Shown piece by piece: positions 38,640 through 46,711 of a DNA stretch of 62,841 nt (within the stretch, counting starts at the first letter, position 1; the number at the start of each line of letters is the position of its first letter). The translations under genes were made by a program, and so were the position numbers. The DNA comes from a virus (Duplodnaviria; Heunggongvirae; Uroviricota; Caudoviricetes), in the IMG/VR virus record IMGVR_UViG_3300045973_000170, positions 1 to 62,841 of that record. One strand, given 5' to 3'. The notes under the pieces are model-generated. The model was not told the origin of the DNA. It saw only the letters and a list, made by a program, of their open reading frames with translations, and did not search any database.

Positions 38640-38960
38640 CTAAACGAGAACTTCTTGGCATCCAGTAACAAATAAAGGATGCCAAGAAGGGTTGCCCATT
38701 CTGTTTCCAAGAGGGCGATTCTCAGTCTTTACGCCGCAACGAGTGCGTTCATGAAAGACAGGGCATTATAGTTGTTGCCCGTTAAAGTTTTGCTAGGGCT
38801 TACGGCCCTTCGCCTTTTCGGATAGCGTCTTCAGTCTACTTAGCAACCAATCGAAACCATGACGCCCCCAAAGTACTGCGGCCCTGCTAGTGGAGGCGGG
38901 GGGATTCGAACCCCCGTCTTGTCTGCTTTTCCCTTCAGCATTGTACTATCATCCTGCACT
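38640..38960 (-). ncRNA. ssrA: tmRNA, circularly permuted (two-piece) gene
   Basis: Acceptor piece first (T-arm GGGGG-TTCGAAT-CCCCC, CGCCTCC-A ending 38891), then a 21-nt intervening segment, then the coding piece starting GGGGGCG at 38869. 7-bp acceptor stem with G3-U70; tag ORF 38779-38729 GNNYNALSFMNALVAA*. Outer ends approximate. Confidence 0.92.
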
Positions 38961-38962
38961 TC

Positions 38963-38970
38963 TATTTATA
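38963..38970 (-). promoter_or_regulatory. Late promoter TATAAATA immediately upstream of the tmRNA
   Basis: Exact consensus overlapping the HNH stop codon. Confidence 0.7.
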
Positions 38971-39364
38971 GCTCTCGCCTCAAGTCTTTGATCGCGTGAC
39001 AGTTGTAACAACGAATCTCAAGAAAAATATCACCTGATTGTGCCGCCAGATAATAGTGCTTCCAGTTGACATGCTTTCCCTTTCGATGATACTTTCCATC
39101 CCCCTCTGGGTGGTCAATGGTAAATACTCGTCTATCAATTGTTCCACAGTCAACACATCTATCGCCCAAAATTTGGAATGTTAGATTTCTCCACTTTACT
39201 CTGTCTTGCTGTCTTTTTCTTAGGCAAGTATTACAAGAAGTGTTAGAACTAATACCTTCCAAAAAACACCCACACCGAAGACAATGACCACTTTCCTTTC
39301 TCTTTTGGGTTCTTTTTCTGTGCCTTATCTTATCTTGTTCTTTCCTCTTTTCGTATGGGGTCAT
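38966..39364 (-). CDS. Zn-finger/HNH-type endonuclease-like protein
   Basis: CxxC pairs; CVDCG...TIDH...IRCYNCHAIK; locally AT-rich. Confidence 0.65.
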   Translation of the reverse strand: MTPYEKRKEQDKIRHRKRTQKRKESGHCLRCGCFLEGISSNTSCNTCLRKRQQDRVKWRNLTFQILGDRCVDCGTIDRRVFTIDHPEGDGKYHRKGKHVNWKHYYLAAQSGDIFLEIRCYNCHAIKDLRREL

Positions 39365-39618
39365 GCATTCGTTACCTTCTTTAGCTTCGCCTTCTTGGGT
39401 GGATCATACTTCTTTGCTGGTGAAGCCACATTCAACAACATGGCAATGTCTTTCAATGCTTGCTCACGGGAAACATCATGTAGGAACATCATTTCATAGA
39501 CTGCTTCTATACCCACGGTTCCAAACTCAAAATCCATTGACTTTACTCTCGTCCCACCATCTATTAACACCAACCTATGGGGTGCGAGGATTGCGTTTAC
39601 TTCGTGAACTGGCAACAT
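39361..39618 (-). CDS. Hypothetical protein
   Basis: 85 aa, overlaps its neighbour by ATGA. Confidence 0.6.
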   Translation of the reverse strand: MLPVHEVNAILAPHRLVLIDGGTRVKSMDFEFGTVGIEAVYEMMFLHDVSREQALKDIAMLLNVASPAKKYDPPKKAKLKKVTNA

Positions 39619-39625
39619 ACAACCT

Positions 39626-40390
39626 CTAATGTGTAAGTAAATCCTCGTAGTTCATGCGAGCTATAATGTACTCCTTACACAAGGCACTTCTGACGATATC
39701 TTCTACGCCAAATTCAACAATGCGAAATGAGTCCATATGCTCCACGATTGAAACAAACTTCTTGAGTCCTGACATATCGTTACGCTTTGATAGATCGGTC
39801 TGTCGGAAGTCTCCACAGAAGATCATCTTCGTGTTGTTGCCAGCACGGGTCATAACAGAGTTGAGTTCCATGTCTGTCATATTCTGTGCTTCATCAACGA
39901 TAACGATACAGTCATCCAATGTCAAGCCCCTAACGTGAGAAGTGATCATGAATTCGACACACTTTTGCTCCGTTAGACGGCCCCATGCTTGATCTACAAA
40001 CCGTGGAAACAGCGAACTACAAATATCCTGATAGGGGATCATGTAAACTTCACTCTTTTCCTTTTCGTCACCCGGAAGGTGACCAATATCCCGTGAGGGA
40101 ACGGCAGAACGAACAATGACTACCTTCTTGTATTTTCCGTCTTTCTCAAGAACTTCCTTCAAAGCGTTGTAGAGAGCAATGTATGTTTTTCCTGATCCTG
40201 CAACACCATGAAGAAGTAAAGCGGAGTATCCTTTTCTATAGTAGTTGAAAAAAATGTGTTGGTTATCTGTAAGCGGAACAACATCTTTGAGGTCTGCTAT
40301 CTTGACTTTGCACTTAGCTTCTTTGTGAACGGTGGGAGTTGGTGTCGGAGTGATGAATGTCTGAGAAGTGTTGTGCTTCTTGCGCGGCAT
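39626..40390 (-). CDS. phoH: PhoH family ATPase
   Basis: GVAGSGKT, VRSAVP, GHLPG..EK, RGLTLD, VDEAQN, GD.RQTDL. Confidence 0.95.
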   Translation of the reverse strand: MPRKKHNTSQTFITPTPTPTVHKEAKCKVKIADLKDVVPLTDNQHIFFNYYRKGYSALLLHGVAGSGKTYIALYNALKEVLEKDGKYKKVVIVRSAVPSRDIGHLPGDEKEKSEVYMIPYQDICSSLFPRFVDQAWGRLTEQKCVEFMITSHVRGLTLDDCIVIVDEAQNMTDMELNSVMTRAGNNTKMIFCGDFRQTDLSKRNDMSGLKKFVSIVEHMDSFRIVEFGVEDIVRSALCKEYIIARMNYEDLLTH

Positions 40391-40401
40391 AAGTGGTTGG
40401 G

Positions 40402-40671
40402 CTAAATGTATCTGCTGTTGTCCTTGATGGTGGACTGAGGATTCGCGGCATGAATCTTCCGAAGAACATCCTTGAATCCCTCATCAGGGCGTCGAATTCC
40501 AAGACGAACGGCATCCCCTATGGTTGGTGCAATCGATGGAAACATTCTCTCCACCTGAAATTCATTACAAGACGGACAGGCTTCTGATGTGGCGGCATCC
40601 ATAAGGGGAATACGAACCATGAGATTGAAGTGATGGTCACACTTTTTACAGTGATACTCATAGGTCGGCAT
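40402..40671 (-). CDS. FmdB-family zinc-ribbon protein
   Basis: MPTYEYHCKKC...CPSC. Confidence 0.85.
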   Translation of the reverse strand: MPTYEYHCKKCDHHFNLMVRIPLMDAATSEACPSCNEFQVERMFPSIAPTIGDAVRLGIRRPDEGFKDVLRKIHAANPQSTIKDNSRYI

Positions 40672-40864
40672 CGTAATCCTCTTGCAGTTTATGTAGCTTG
40701 TCGCTCACCCATTTGAGAAGTATTTGTGATGACTCAGTTTCCAATAGTCTCTCAAGGTAGTCTAGTTCCTCTTGAAACTCGGTCACAAAGAAATTCAAGT
40801 ACTCTTTCTTATCCTTATTTATGGATTCGACATACTCTTGATTGCGTTCATTTACCCCTGACAT
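40658..40864 (-). CDS. Hypothetical protein
   Basis: 68 aa, in-operon packing. Confidence 0.55.
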   Translation of the reverse strand: MSGVNERNQEYVESINKDKKEYLNFFVTEFQEELDYLERLLETESSQILLKWVSDKLHKLQEDYDADL

Positions 40865-40873
40865 TGCACCCTC

Positions 40874-41950
40874 CTAAATGGTGTACTTCTCCAATACACG
40901 ATTCAACTGGTTGTTCACCCGAATGATTTTTGCTTCTTTCTGTAAATCACTCAACTGCTTCGCGTTTGAATAAGCACATGCTGATCGCAACCCACCCAGA
41001 ATGTGTTCTACGGTTGGGCGCACTTCCCCGCGATAAGGAATCTTCACCACTCGTCCTTCAGAAGAACGATAATCGCTTTTCTGACCCTGTGCCACATGAG
41101 AACTCATTCCATAGAACAATACATTTCCATTTTCGTCCGGTTCAATCTCACCTTCTTTGTGTGCCGCAAAGACACTTCCCGCCATGATGATACTTGATCC
41201 AAGTGCAAATGCCTTGGCAAAATCCCCCGGATCAGTACACCCACCATCACACTCAATGTCTACTACTGGACTACATTCCATGATAGCCGATGCTTGAGGA
41301 TATCCAACGCCAGCAACCTTGCGCGTAGTACACACTGCACCCGTTCCAATACCCACACGGGCCACATCAGCACCAGAATCAACGATGCGTACAGCCGCAT
41401 CAGGGGTACACACTGTTCCTGCCATGATGAATGCATCAGGGGCAATGTCTCTCACTTCCTTGATGTAATCATAGAAGGGATTCATGTACCCATTTGCCAC
41501 ATCAATAACGATCTTCAGCTTCCTGAAACATTTTGCGGCAACCAACATCCTAAGTTTTCTCATGTTGGTTTGCATATTCATCCCATGTTCGTCAACCTTA
41601 TCCATTCCCAGAGTCAAAAACACACTCTCTGCGGGTGACATTCTACCGTAAGAATTTCCATCAATGTAAAATTGTGAGTTTTGGTTTTCATAACTCTCAA
41701 AAAAGTCGAACCATTCCTTCACAGACACATCTTTATTGATGGCAGTGAACAATCCAAGCTTGGAAAGTGACCTTGCCATGGAAAATGTGCCTACTCCATG
41801 CATGTTGGCGGCGATAATTGGTATGCCCGTGAGGGTTTGACCCCAATGACCCTTGATATCCGTGGTCAACATGACCTTTTTTCGGGAATCAACGTCGGTA
41901 AATTGGGGACAAATCATCACATCATCAAAATCCAGCTTCACATCGTCCAT
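40874..41950 (-). CDS. guaC: GMP reductase
   Basis: KLDFDDV, PIIAANM.GVGTF, IDVANGY, RVGIGTGAVCTTR, CDGGC..PGD, FYGMSS, SEGR; start trimmed to MDDVK. Confidence 0.9.
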   Translation of the reverse strand: MDDVKLDFDDVMICPQFTDVDSRKKVMLTTDIKGHWGQTLTGIPIIAANMHGVGTFSMARSLSKLGLFTAINKDVSVKEWFDFFESYENQNSQFYIDGNSYGRMSPAESVFLTLGMDKVDEHGMNMQTNMRKLRMLVAAKCFRKLKIVIDVANGYMNPFYDYIKEVRDIAPDAFIMAGTVCTPDAAVRIVDSGADVARVGIGTGAVCTTRKVAGVGYPQASAIMECSPVVDIECDGGCTDPGDFAKAFALGSSIIMAGSVFAAHKEGEIEPDENGNVLFYGMSSHVAQGQKSDYRSSEGRVVKIPYRGEVRPTVEHILGGLRSACAYSNAKQLSDLQKEAKIIRVNNQLNRVLEKYTI

Positions 41951-41951
41951 T

Positions 41952-42209
41952 TTAGACACCGTTTGGGAGAACAGCCTTGAAAATTGTCTCAAATTCTTCG
42001 AATTCTTCCTTCTCTTCGCCAAAATTCGACCTGAAGAAGGCTTTTGCAAGTCGATTGACAGCTTTTGTCTTCATGTCAAGCGCATCACGAATCTTTTTCT
42101 TCTCTGCCTTGATCAAACCCTTCTCTGCATCCTGTCTGTGCATACACCCATCGATGATTTTCAGGGAGTCAAGCACTTCCTTCTTGTTCTGCGGCGTCAA
42201 ATCGTTCAT
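41952..42209 (-). CDS. T4-like dsDNA-binding protein (DsbA family)
   Basis: 85 aa helical; RLAKAFF..NF.EE..EFEEFET. Confidence 0.65.
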   Translation of the reverse strand: MNDLTPQNKKEVLDSLKIIDGCMHRQDAEKGLIKAEKKKIRDALDMKTKAVNRLAKAFFRSNFGEEKEEFEEFETIFKAVLPNGV

Positions 42210-42238
42210 CTTCTCACCATTCAGTTGATGTTTATGTG

Positions 42239-42334
42239 TTACTTCTTCTTGCGACGATTACGGAGAGCCATGCGCTTCTTGCTCCCCACCTTTCTGCGTC
42301 CCTTGCGGGGACGATTCTTATGAGGATGCGGCAT
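42239..42334 (-). CDS. Highly basic 31-aa microprotein (not in the ORF track)
   Basis: MPHPHKNRPRKGRRKVGSKKRMALRNRRKKK. Confidence 0.6.
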   Translation of the reverse strand: MPHPHKNRPRKGRRKVGSKKRMALRNRRKKK

Positions 42335-42470
42335 TATACGGCTCCCCATTTTGACGTTCGTACTGCTCCAACAAAGCCTTCACTTGTGGAAGGGTAAGTG
42401 CATCAAGCAACGCCGCTGGCATTGTCCCCTTTGTTAGAATCACCTCGTTCGGGTGTAGTCCCTTGCTCAT
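42318..42470 (-). CDS. Hypothetical protein (50 aa)
   Basis: MSKGLHPNEV...; GGAGA SD-like sequence upstream. Confidence 0.5.
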   Translation of the reverse strand: MSKGLHPNEVILTKGTMPAALLDALTLPQVKALLEQYERQNGEPYNAASS

Positions 42471-42588
42471 TGTTTCTCCTTTCCCACCATGGTTTTTTCT
42501 TCCCGAAGGCGAGTTCATGATTAATGTCCCATTGATCTTTAGGGATGAATCGTGGTCTAATTCCATCCCCCTTCCCATTGTCTGTCAT
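42403..42588 (-). CDS. Small T4-like conserved hypothetical protein
   Basis: MTDNGKGDGIRP....W.....FGKK motif. Confidence 0.6.
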   Translation of the reverse strand: MTDNGKGDGIRPRFIPKDQWDINHELAFGKKKPWWERRNNEQGTTPERGDSNKGDNASGVA

Positions 42589-42594
42589 CGCTTT

Positions 42595-43155
42595 CTATCG
42601 TGTCCAGTTTCCGGCAATTGGCGAAACGGCACCATCTAACAAAAGTTCAGGATGTTCCTCTGCGGCCTGTTGTGCTATCTTCTTGATGAACCAGTTTTCA
42701 GACTTCAACCCATCAACAATTGCACTTGGTACTCGGTTGGCAATAAGACCAACTTGCTTTGCCACTGCACCAATTTCAGAAACAGATGCCGTTGTACTCA
42801 TCCCGTACTTCGTTGCATCGCCACCACCAAAAACACCGTCAATATAAGTTGTACCTGAATCAATACCAGTAACACTGTCAAGACCGCGCAGGACTTCGGA
42901 CGGATTCAGACTATCACTCCAACCACCAAACTTCCCACCATCCAAAGAGATATATCCACTCAATGAATTTCCGGGTGTTCCTTGTGGTGTTAGAGAACTT
43001 CCATTCACACTGGTCGGGGCGGCTTTAGCGGCCACACCCCTACTTGGAACGGCAACAGCAACCGCAACGTCTTTCTTGGAGAAAAACAACATCTTAACTG
43101 CAACCCCAAGACCAACCACAACAACAGCCCCAATTGATACGCTTCCGATGTCCAT
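42595..43155 (-). CDS. Membrane-anchored hypothetical protein (MDIGSV paralog A)
   Basis: N-terminal hydrophobic helix; TAAGGAG SD. Confidence 0.7.
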   Translation of the reverse strand: MDIGSVSIGAVVVVGLGVAVKMLFFSKKDVAVAVAVPSRGVAAKAAPTSVNGSSLTPQGTPGNSLSGYISLDGGKFGGWSDSLNPSEVLRGLDSVTGIDSGTTYIDGVFGGGDATKYGMSTTASVSEIGAVAKQVGLIANRVPSAIVDGLKSENWFIKKIAQQAAEEHPELLLDGAVSPIAGNWTR

Positions 43156-43416
43156 AACTGCTCCTTAAAAATGGTTAACTACATTTTTCTGCTTCTTACA
43201 AAACACTTTACTGTGGCTCTGGATGGTCGCCCTTGCCGCCTGTGCTACCATCACCCGTTCCACCACCAACGCTACCACCACCAGTACCACCACCAGTGTA
43301 CGGAGCTTCCTTCTTTGGGAAGAACAACCCCTTAATCACGAAACCAAAGATGGCGACAATCGCCACACCCATCACTACGCTTCCGATATCCATAACTGCT
43401 CCTTAAAAATGGTTAA
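43139..43416. repeat. 40-bp direct repeat (43139-43178 and 43377-43416, one mismatch)
   Basis: acgcttccgat(g/a)tccataactgctccttaaaaatggttaa. Confidence 0.9.
43208..43393 (-). CDS. Membrane-anchored Gly-rich small protein (MDIGSV paralog B)
   Basis: Same leader and N-terminus as paralog A. Confidence 0.7.
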   Translation of the reverse strand: MDIGSVVMGVAIVAIFGFVIKGLFFPKKEAPYTGGGTGGGSVGGGTGDGSTGGKGDHPEPQ

Positions 43417-43666
43417 ACAAACGTGTCCAACTAACGTCAAATACATAGTACAACACGATCTTCAAAATGATATCATATGCCGAAAGTGACAAGCTGATAT
43501 CTACATCATGCGTGAACAAAAAGGCCAAAAGAAACGTCATCAGAACAGAGAAAATTTGAAAGATCGTTGCTTTGGCAAGCAAGATCAACTGTGCTTTTCT
43601 CTGTCTTCGAATCCTCGACCTAAACAGTCGAAGGAGAGCGTGACCAGATGATGTCTTTAATGTCAT
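43403..43666 (-). CDS. Small membrane protein, DUF2061-like
   Basis: LAKATIFQI...KIVLYYVFD..W. Confidence 0.55.
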   Translation of the reverse strand: MTLKTSSGHALLRLFRSRIRRQRKAQLILLAKATIFQIFSVLMTFLLAFLFTHDVDISLSLSAYDIILKIVLYYVFDVSWTRLFNHF

Positions 43667-44654
43667 GACGTTCCCTCAAGTAGGTTTCCACAAACTTCAC
43701 AAAGTTCTCAGAGTTGGAAAAGTAATTCAACCCACCCGCATAGACGCCAAACTTGTCCACTTCCTCTAGCACATCAACCTTATTTATGTAGATTCTGGTG
43801 ACTCCGTTGACCTTACATGCGGGAATAATCTCATCTAAATCCAACCAATCAGTCTTACGTTTACGACCTGTGGTTGCTCCAACTTCATTGCCAGCGGTCT
43901 GAATCTTCAAAAGTGCCGGATCATCAGACTTACACCATGACTCATCGTTACCCACATAGGTACGATACGCCTTCATGATTCCAAAGACCCGATCAATAGC
44001 TTGGGGTGGAATACCATTCAAGCATACGGCCCCTGTTGTACAATGAGAAGAAGTTACAAACGGATACCGCCCAAAGTTGATATCAAGCTGGTAACCCTGT
44101 GCGCCTTCACAGAGAATCTTGGGGTTGGCAATCCTCTCACCCCACTCGTTTATGAAGTAGCTCTTGGGGTTGGTATGAAACATGTCGTACACATTCCCAA
44201 CCCGAAACGGTAATTCGACTAATTCCTCAATGCGAATTCCATCCCGGTTGGCTTTGCTTGCATAAGCTGGCCCAATTCCTTTTCGGGTGGTACCAATTCG
44301 GGTATCTTTTCCGTCTTCATCAAGATGAGTTTGAGTAATTACATGAGTCCGATAATCAACATAGAGTAAATCTTTAGGGTTAAACCCGAAGGATTCTAAC
44401 ATGTTGGTTTCGTCTATCAACTCATCAATATTAACCACACATTCAGGGCCAATGATGCTTACCTTCCCATGAAGAACCCCACACGGAACTTGGTGTGTGA
44501 CGATCTTGACTCCCTTCACAAAGATGGTATGACCCGCATTCCCGCCACCATTATAACGCAACACCCCGTCATAGTTGGGAGCCAGATGGCTGGTAATCTT
44601 TCCCTTTCCACAATCGCCAGCCTGAAGGTCAACAATCACATCGGCTTGTACCAT
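43620..44654 (-). CDS. purA: Adenylosuccinate synthetase (short form)
   Basis: DLQAGDCGKGK, RYNGGGNAGHT, HQVPCG, IGTTRKGIGPAY, EGAQG, YPFVTSS, GATTGRKR. Confidence 0.92.
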   Translation of the reverse strand: MVQADVIVDLQAGDCGKGKITSHLAPNYDGVLRYNGGGNAGHTIFVKGVKIVTHQVPCGVLHGKVSIIGPECVVNIDELIDETNMLESFGFNPKDLLYVDYRTHVITQTHLDEDGKDTRIGTTRKGIGPAYASKANRDGIRIEELVELPFRVGNVYDMFHTNPKSYFINEWGERIANPKILCEGAQGYQLDINFGRYPFVTSSHCTTGAVCLNGIPPQAIDRVFGIMKAYRTYVGNDESWCKSDDPALLKIQTAGNEVGATTGRKRKTDWLDLDEIIPACKVNGVTRIYINKVDVLEEVDKFGVYAGGLNYFSNSENFVKFVETYLRERHDIKDIIWSRSPSTV

Positions 44655-44684
44655 ACGCAAATCTCCTGATTCAAGGTATGACGT

Positions 44685-44753
44685 AAGCTAAACCCCTACA
44701 CAGCACATGTCAAGGGGTAGGGGGTTGACAAATGAGAAACAGGGGACTACCTT
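44685..44753. promoter_or_regulatory. Back-to-back divergent sigma70 promoters
   Basis: Minus: TTGACA(44713-44708)-17-TAGCTT. Plus: TTGACA(44725-44730)-17-TACCTT. Confidence 0.8.
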
Positions 44754-44779
44754 CAGAAGACACCTAAAAAGGAGACAAT

Positions 44780-45043
44780 ATGATCACCCGCCAAGATTTC
44801 TTCAAAGCGGTAGAAGTTGAGCTTGAAAAAGCTCGCGTCAAACACGGTGTCAATCATTGGGGCAGACATGAGTTTCATTCCATCCTTCAAGAAGAGTACG
44901 AGGAAGTGTGGGATGATATCAAAGCGAATGCTCCATCAGCGCAGTTGAACAAAGAAATCATTCAGGTGGTTGCAGTTTGCTTGCACTATCTTGAAACAGG
45001 TGATAGAACAAGAGGGGAGCATCCACCGCTAGACTTGGAGTAA
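44780..45043 (+). CDS. MazG-like all-alpha NTP pyrophosphohydrolase-like protein
   Basis: ILQEEYEEV...KEIIQVVAV. Confidence 0.6.
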   Translation: MITRQDFFKAVEVELEKARVKHGVNHWGRHEFHSILQEEYEEVWDDIKANAPSAQLNKEIIQVVAVCLHYLETGDRTRGEHPPLDLE

Positions 45044-45045
45044 AC

Positions 45046-46266
45046 ATGAACAACATCTTCGGAACACATGACGAAAAAACATTAGCACAGTTGACAGACG
45101 TTGCCAGCCGTGCCGCATATGTCGCATTGATGGCTGACGGCCACATGGGATATGTTATGCCCATTGGTGGTGTTGCCGCCTACCGTAACAAGGTATCCGT
45201 TACGGGGGTTGGGTTTGACATTGCCTGTGGTAACTGTGCCATCAAGACCAACTTGAATGTCAAGGATTTTGAACAGGATGGGATGGAGTGGATTGCAACC
45301 GTTATTCAACACAGCATCTCTTTTGGTCTTGGCCGCACCAACGATACCCGTGATGCACCAACCGATCATTCTCTATTTGACAGTCCGGTATGGGGTTTGT
45401 TACCTTCTGGACAGGCTTCTCTTTCATTGAAGGCGAAGGCCCGTGAACAGTTGGGTACCGTGGGTTCTGGAAACCACTATGTGGACGTTTTCTATGACGA
45501 GAACGGCACCATCTGGGTTGGTGTTCACTTCGGTTCCCGTGGCTTCGGACACACCGTTGCTTCTGGGTTCCTTGCGCTTGGCACAGGCAATGAATGGGGA
45601 ACCAAAGTCAAGGAACAGGAAGTGTTGCTTGATCTTGATACCTACTTGGGACAGGATTATTGGAACTTGATGAACCTCTGTGGCCAGTACGCTTACGCTG
45701 GCCGTGAGTGGGTTGCCCGTAAGGTTGTTGGCATTCTTGGTGGAATAGAAGTTGAAATGGTACACAACCACCACAACTTTGCGTGGAAGGAACAACACTT
45801 CGGTGAAGACCTTATCGTTGTTCGAAAGGGAGCAACACCAGCCTTTCCCGGTCAGAAAGGATTTGTCGGGGGTTCCATGGGAGACAACTCAGTTATTCTT
45901 CAGGGGTCAGGAAGTGTTTGGGTTGGCGATCCTAAGATTCCTATTCAAGAAGCCGCACTCTACTCAACCGTGCATGGTGCAGGACGAGTCATGTCACGCA
46001 CTCAGGCGCGGGGTAAGACCAAGGGTTGGGGTGCCAAGGCGAAAATTGTTTCTCCCGGTCTTGTGTCGTGGGACATGGTCAACAAGTGGCTTGGCCCCAA
46101 GCACATCATCCTGCGTGGTGGTGGGTTGGATGAAGCACCACAGGCGTATCGACGTTTGCCTGAGGTCTTGACAGCGCAAGGCTCAACGATTACTGTTCTA
46201 CATACCCTAACGCCATTGATCGTTGTCATGGCAGGAGAAAACGAGTATGACCCGTACAAAGACTAA
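45046..46266 (+). CDS. rtcB: RtcB RNA ligase
   Basis: MADGHMGY..PIGGV, VGFDIACG, QLGTVGSGNHY, HFGSRG, HNHHN, RKGATPA, HGAGR.MSR, DEAPQAYR. Confidence 0.95.
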   Translation: MNNIFGTHDEKTLAQLTDVASRAAYVALMADGHMGYVMPIGGVAAYRNKVSVTGVGFDIACGNCAIKTNLNVKDFEQDGMEWIATVIQHSISFGLGRTNDTRDAPTDHSLFDSPVWGLLPSGQASLSLKAKAREQLGTVGSGNHYVDVFYDENGTIWVGVHFGSRGFGHTVASGFLALGTGNEWGTKVKEQEVLLDLDTYLGQDYWNLMNLCGQYAYAGREWVARKVVGILGGIEVEMVHNHHNFAWKEQHFGEDLIVVRKGATPAFPGQKGFVGGSMGDNSVILQGSGSVWVGDPKIPIQEAALYSTVHGAGRVMSRTQARGKTKGWGAKAKIVSPGLVSWDMVNKWLGPKHIILRGGGLDEAPQAYRRLPEVLTAQGSTITVLHTLTPLIVVMAGENEYDPYKD

Positions 46267-46711
46267 TGAAGCGGTTGTGGTATTGGAAGAGTGGCACGAT
46301 GAAAATAACCACCTTCATCAACTGATCTATTACGCAAGGGTTGATGAAATTCTTCTCCGCATCGAAGATAAAGATGTGAGCGAGGGGTGGATGTATGTTC
46401 CACAATTCATTCTGAAGGATGACAGTCTTCCTGATTTCAATGATTATTCCGATTCCCTGAAGTTGACGTTCACGGGTAAGCTTTCTCTGATCATTGAGTT
46501 GGCAGAGTTTGATCCCATGCACATTCAGATCAACGACTTGGGATTGACACAGAAGGTTGTGTTGACGGCCCTTAAGGGGATGCAGGAACAGGGGGATGAT
46601 GATGTGAATGAGTACCCAGAAGCAGAGGGTGCGTTGCTCAAGCACATTCTCAATGCTGGTGGTATTAGTAACGAAGAATACCAAGAACATCTGGATCGTC
46701 ACGCGCTATGA
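46247..46711 (+). CDS. Hypothetical acidic protein
   Basis: Overlaps the rtcB end; start trimmed. Confidence 0.6.
   Translation: MTRTKTNEAVVVLEEWHDENNHLHQLIYYARVDEILLRIEDKDVSEGWMYVPQFILKDDSLPDFNDYSDSLKLTFTGKLSLIIELAEFDPMHIQINDLGLTQKVVLTALKGMQEQGDDDVNEYPEAEGALLKHILNAGGISNEEYQEHLDRHAL

Noticed and set aside
38888-38920. tRNA gene
   Set aside because: Only a T-arm and 3' acceptor strand are present, with no anticodon arm. The 5' strand lies downstream with a tag ORF, which makes it a permuted tmRNA.
43620-44654. PurZ (2-aminoadenine DNA pathway)
   Set aside because: The catalytic-loop Asp is retained (GDCGKGK), as in PurA; PurZ has Ser there. No other Z-pathway gene was recognised except a weak MazG-like ORF.
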